A DNA stretch of 64,000 nucleotides, taken from NCBI RefSeq assembly GCF_000315625.1, contig NW_005434457.1:1-64000 (forward strand), read 5' to 3'. The stretch comes from Guillardia theta CCMP2712 (taxonomy: Eukaryota > Protista > Cryptophyta). Shown here in pieces: positions 62,236-64,000 of this stretch. The notes below the pieces were generated by a model, which was given only the letters and a program-made list of their open reading frames with translations, did not search any database and was not told where the DNA came from. How positions within the stretch are numbered: position 1 is the stretch's first letter; the number at the start of each line of letters is the position of its first letter. The position numbers were made by a program, and so were the translations under genes.

Positions 62236-63792
62236 TCTCCAGTATCTCCTCTCACCTTCAGTTTCTCTTCTCCCATTTACATCTTTTCCGCGGCCCACAA
62301 AGTTTGCCATGTCCTTACCACCCACCCTTGAAGTATTGTTTTCCTCATACCCTACCCTATATAAAACTTCCTTTCACCCTACCATTTTAGATGGATCCTG
62401 TCGAATAGTACTACCCTACCTACTTCGGGGAGAAATTCCTCCACCCCCTCTGTTGACCCGTAACATTACCCTCCGGAATGCTTCGATTAGACGCTACCTC
62501 ACCCTACCCCCTGAATCCTTGCTTTTGACCGTCTGCAGGAGCCAATTACCCCACCCTCTCTTCAAGTACCCCATTTTCATATCACCCTACCACCTATACA
62601 CAGCTCCAATCCCTGGAAAAAGCCCCCTTCAATCGATGACCCACCCGAGGCACAATTGTACCCCCTTGAATTTGTACCCACCCTCATCTCATACCACCTT
62701 GGTTTGACTACCCCCCAGGATCCCTCCTTTCCCCCTTTGGGCCTGTCACACCCGGTGTCCGAAACGGTTCCTGAAACATACAAAATAAAATATTTTTAAT
62801 ATGTCAATAATACTTATAGAGTTTTAGAGTAATGGCTTTTAAAACTGATGTCCAGGAATCCCATGATTAAAATTGTATTAAGCAAGTTTTAAAAGTTATA
62901 TTTGGGGATTCCGGTTCTAGCTGTGAGAGGAGAGGATAGAAAATTCATACGAATTAAAATTAAACTATGGTGGATTCTAAAACTTGAAATGGTACAAAGG
63001 CTACATATATGGTTTTAAAGTGGTAATTCTACTTTTAGCGCCAGCTCCGCTGACCATGGCGACCAGCAATGGTAAGGACACTGAGCAAAGAGGCGCGTGT
63101 TTGTGCCGCCATGAAAGGCAAGAAGAGTTGAGTAGAAAGAACGATGAAAACGATATCAATGATGAGGAGATGAGAATCTGCATGTCTTCCTTCTTGTCAA
63201 CCTGCTTTGTTCTTGTTCATGCTACATTCTTCTACGACTGCTGTTTCCCTTCGCCTCCATGCCAATCATCACGATCACAACAACATTGGAGTTACAAAAA
63301 CCAGGGATAAAATATTTGTCTGCATGCATGTTCGGGTTGTAATCATTGTCTTCTCTGCTGTGATCATGGTGATGTTGGTTGTTCACATATTCCTCGTCTC
63401 AATCATTATTTCTTCTCTACACCTGGATCCACGTTTCCATCATAGTTTCTCCAGCTACAAACGTATGCATCACTAGAAGTGTCATGATTATCAACAATTT
63501 CGTCGCCACCACCATCACCACCACAACAACAACAAACAACAATCCCTCATCGCTATCCATCTCTTCGCAATCCGCTGCAACATCTTGGCGAGTTGCGATA
63601 TCAGCCACGTATTTTTTTCCCATGAAAATCATCAGAAAATTATCCGCTCTACATGTTGCGCATTGCCAATTCTATCTGTCCTCTGCACCATGGAATTTGC
63701 AAGTGTTTCACTATGTTGTGCATTTCTACTTTCTGTCATTGTCTTGTTTAGCTCCGTTCTCGTGTGGATTATGCTATGACGCGATAATTTCA

Positions 63793-63871
63793 GGAGGGCA
63801 AGGTTTTGTCTACTCTGGACAGATCGAGAAAGGGCAGATGCATGGCAAGGGAACACTTGTCTACCCTAATG
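63793..63871 (+). CDS. MORN-repeat protein exon (gene runs off the window end)
   Basis: AG|GGQGFVYSGQIEKGQMHGKGTLVYPN|GT matches MORN consensus Y.G.....G..HG.G...Y..G. Confidence 0.75.
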
Positions 63872-64000
63872 GTTATTCCTCCTCCTCTCTTCTTCTTTCT
63901 CTTCCCTCCCCTTCTCCCTTCCTCTTCCTTCTCAAGCACTGCAGTAGTAGGAGAAGGCATCGTACTCTGCAGCTGCATCTTTTCCTTTTGCTTGCTGGGG

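Overview
This is eukaryotic nuclear DNA: gene-dense, with many short (~45-60 nt) GT-AG introns, (CCT)n microsatellites and three 100-N scaffold gaps. Intron size, an RWP-RK gene and a signal-peptide + A/F bipartite plastid leader suggest an alga with a complex plastid, most like a cryptophyte (inference). Confidently recognised: tRNA-Gln(UUG), SmE, condensin II kleisin CAP-H2, an RWP-RK factor, a METTL21/EFM-type methyltransferase, a GT49 (LARGE-like) glycosyltransferase, a double-ABM (IsdG-like) protein, a PH + ion-transport channel and a PIF/Harbinger-type MITE. Unusual architectures: bHLH + NPHP3/TEP1-like + TPR, SINA-type RING + TPR + J-domain, a CCHC zinc-knuckle array, and a ~12 kb cadherin-like/PSI/multi-TM surface protein. 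The most striking unexplained structure lies at 44.7-55.3 kb. It holds seven dispersed copies, on both strands, of a micro-gene with a near-invariant ~44-aa C-terminal module (YVEPSKDKKL[S/R]ALRDSIALIRSNARVVSAVGEWMELGAG[S/G]LNEL). The copies have interchangeable N-termini, shared upstream motifs (AAACGTTGC...ACAGGAACA...TATAAA) and mosaic 5'/3' flanks. Several single-base homopolymer frameshifts look like consensus errors. All domain calls are by eye; no searches were run.
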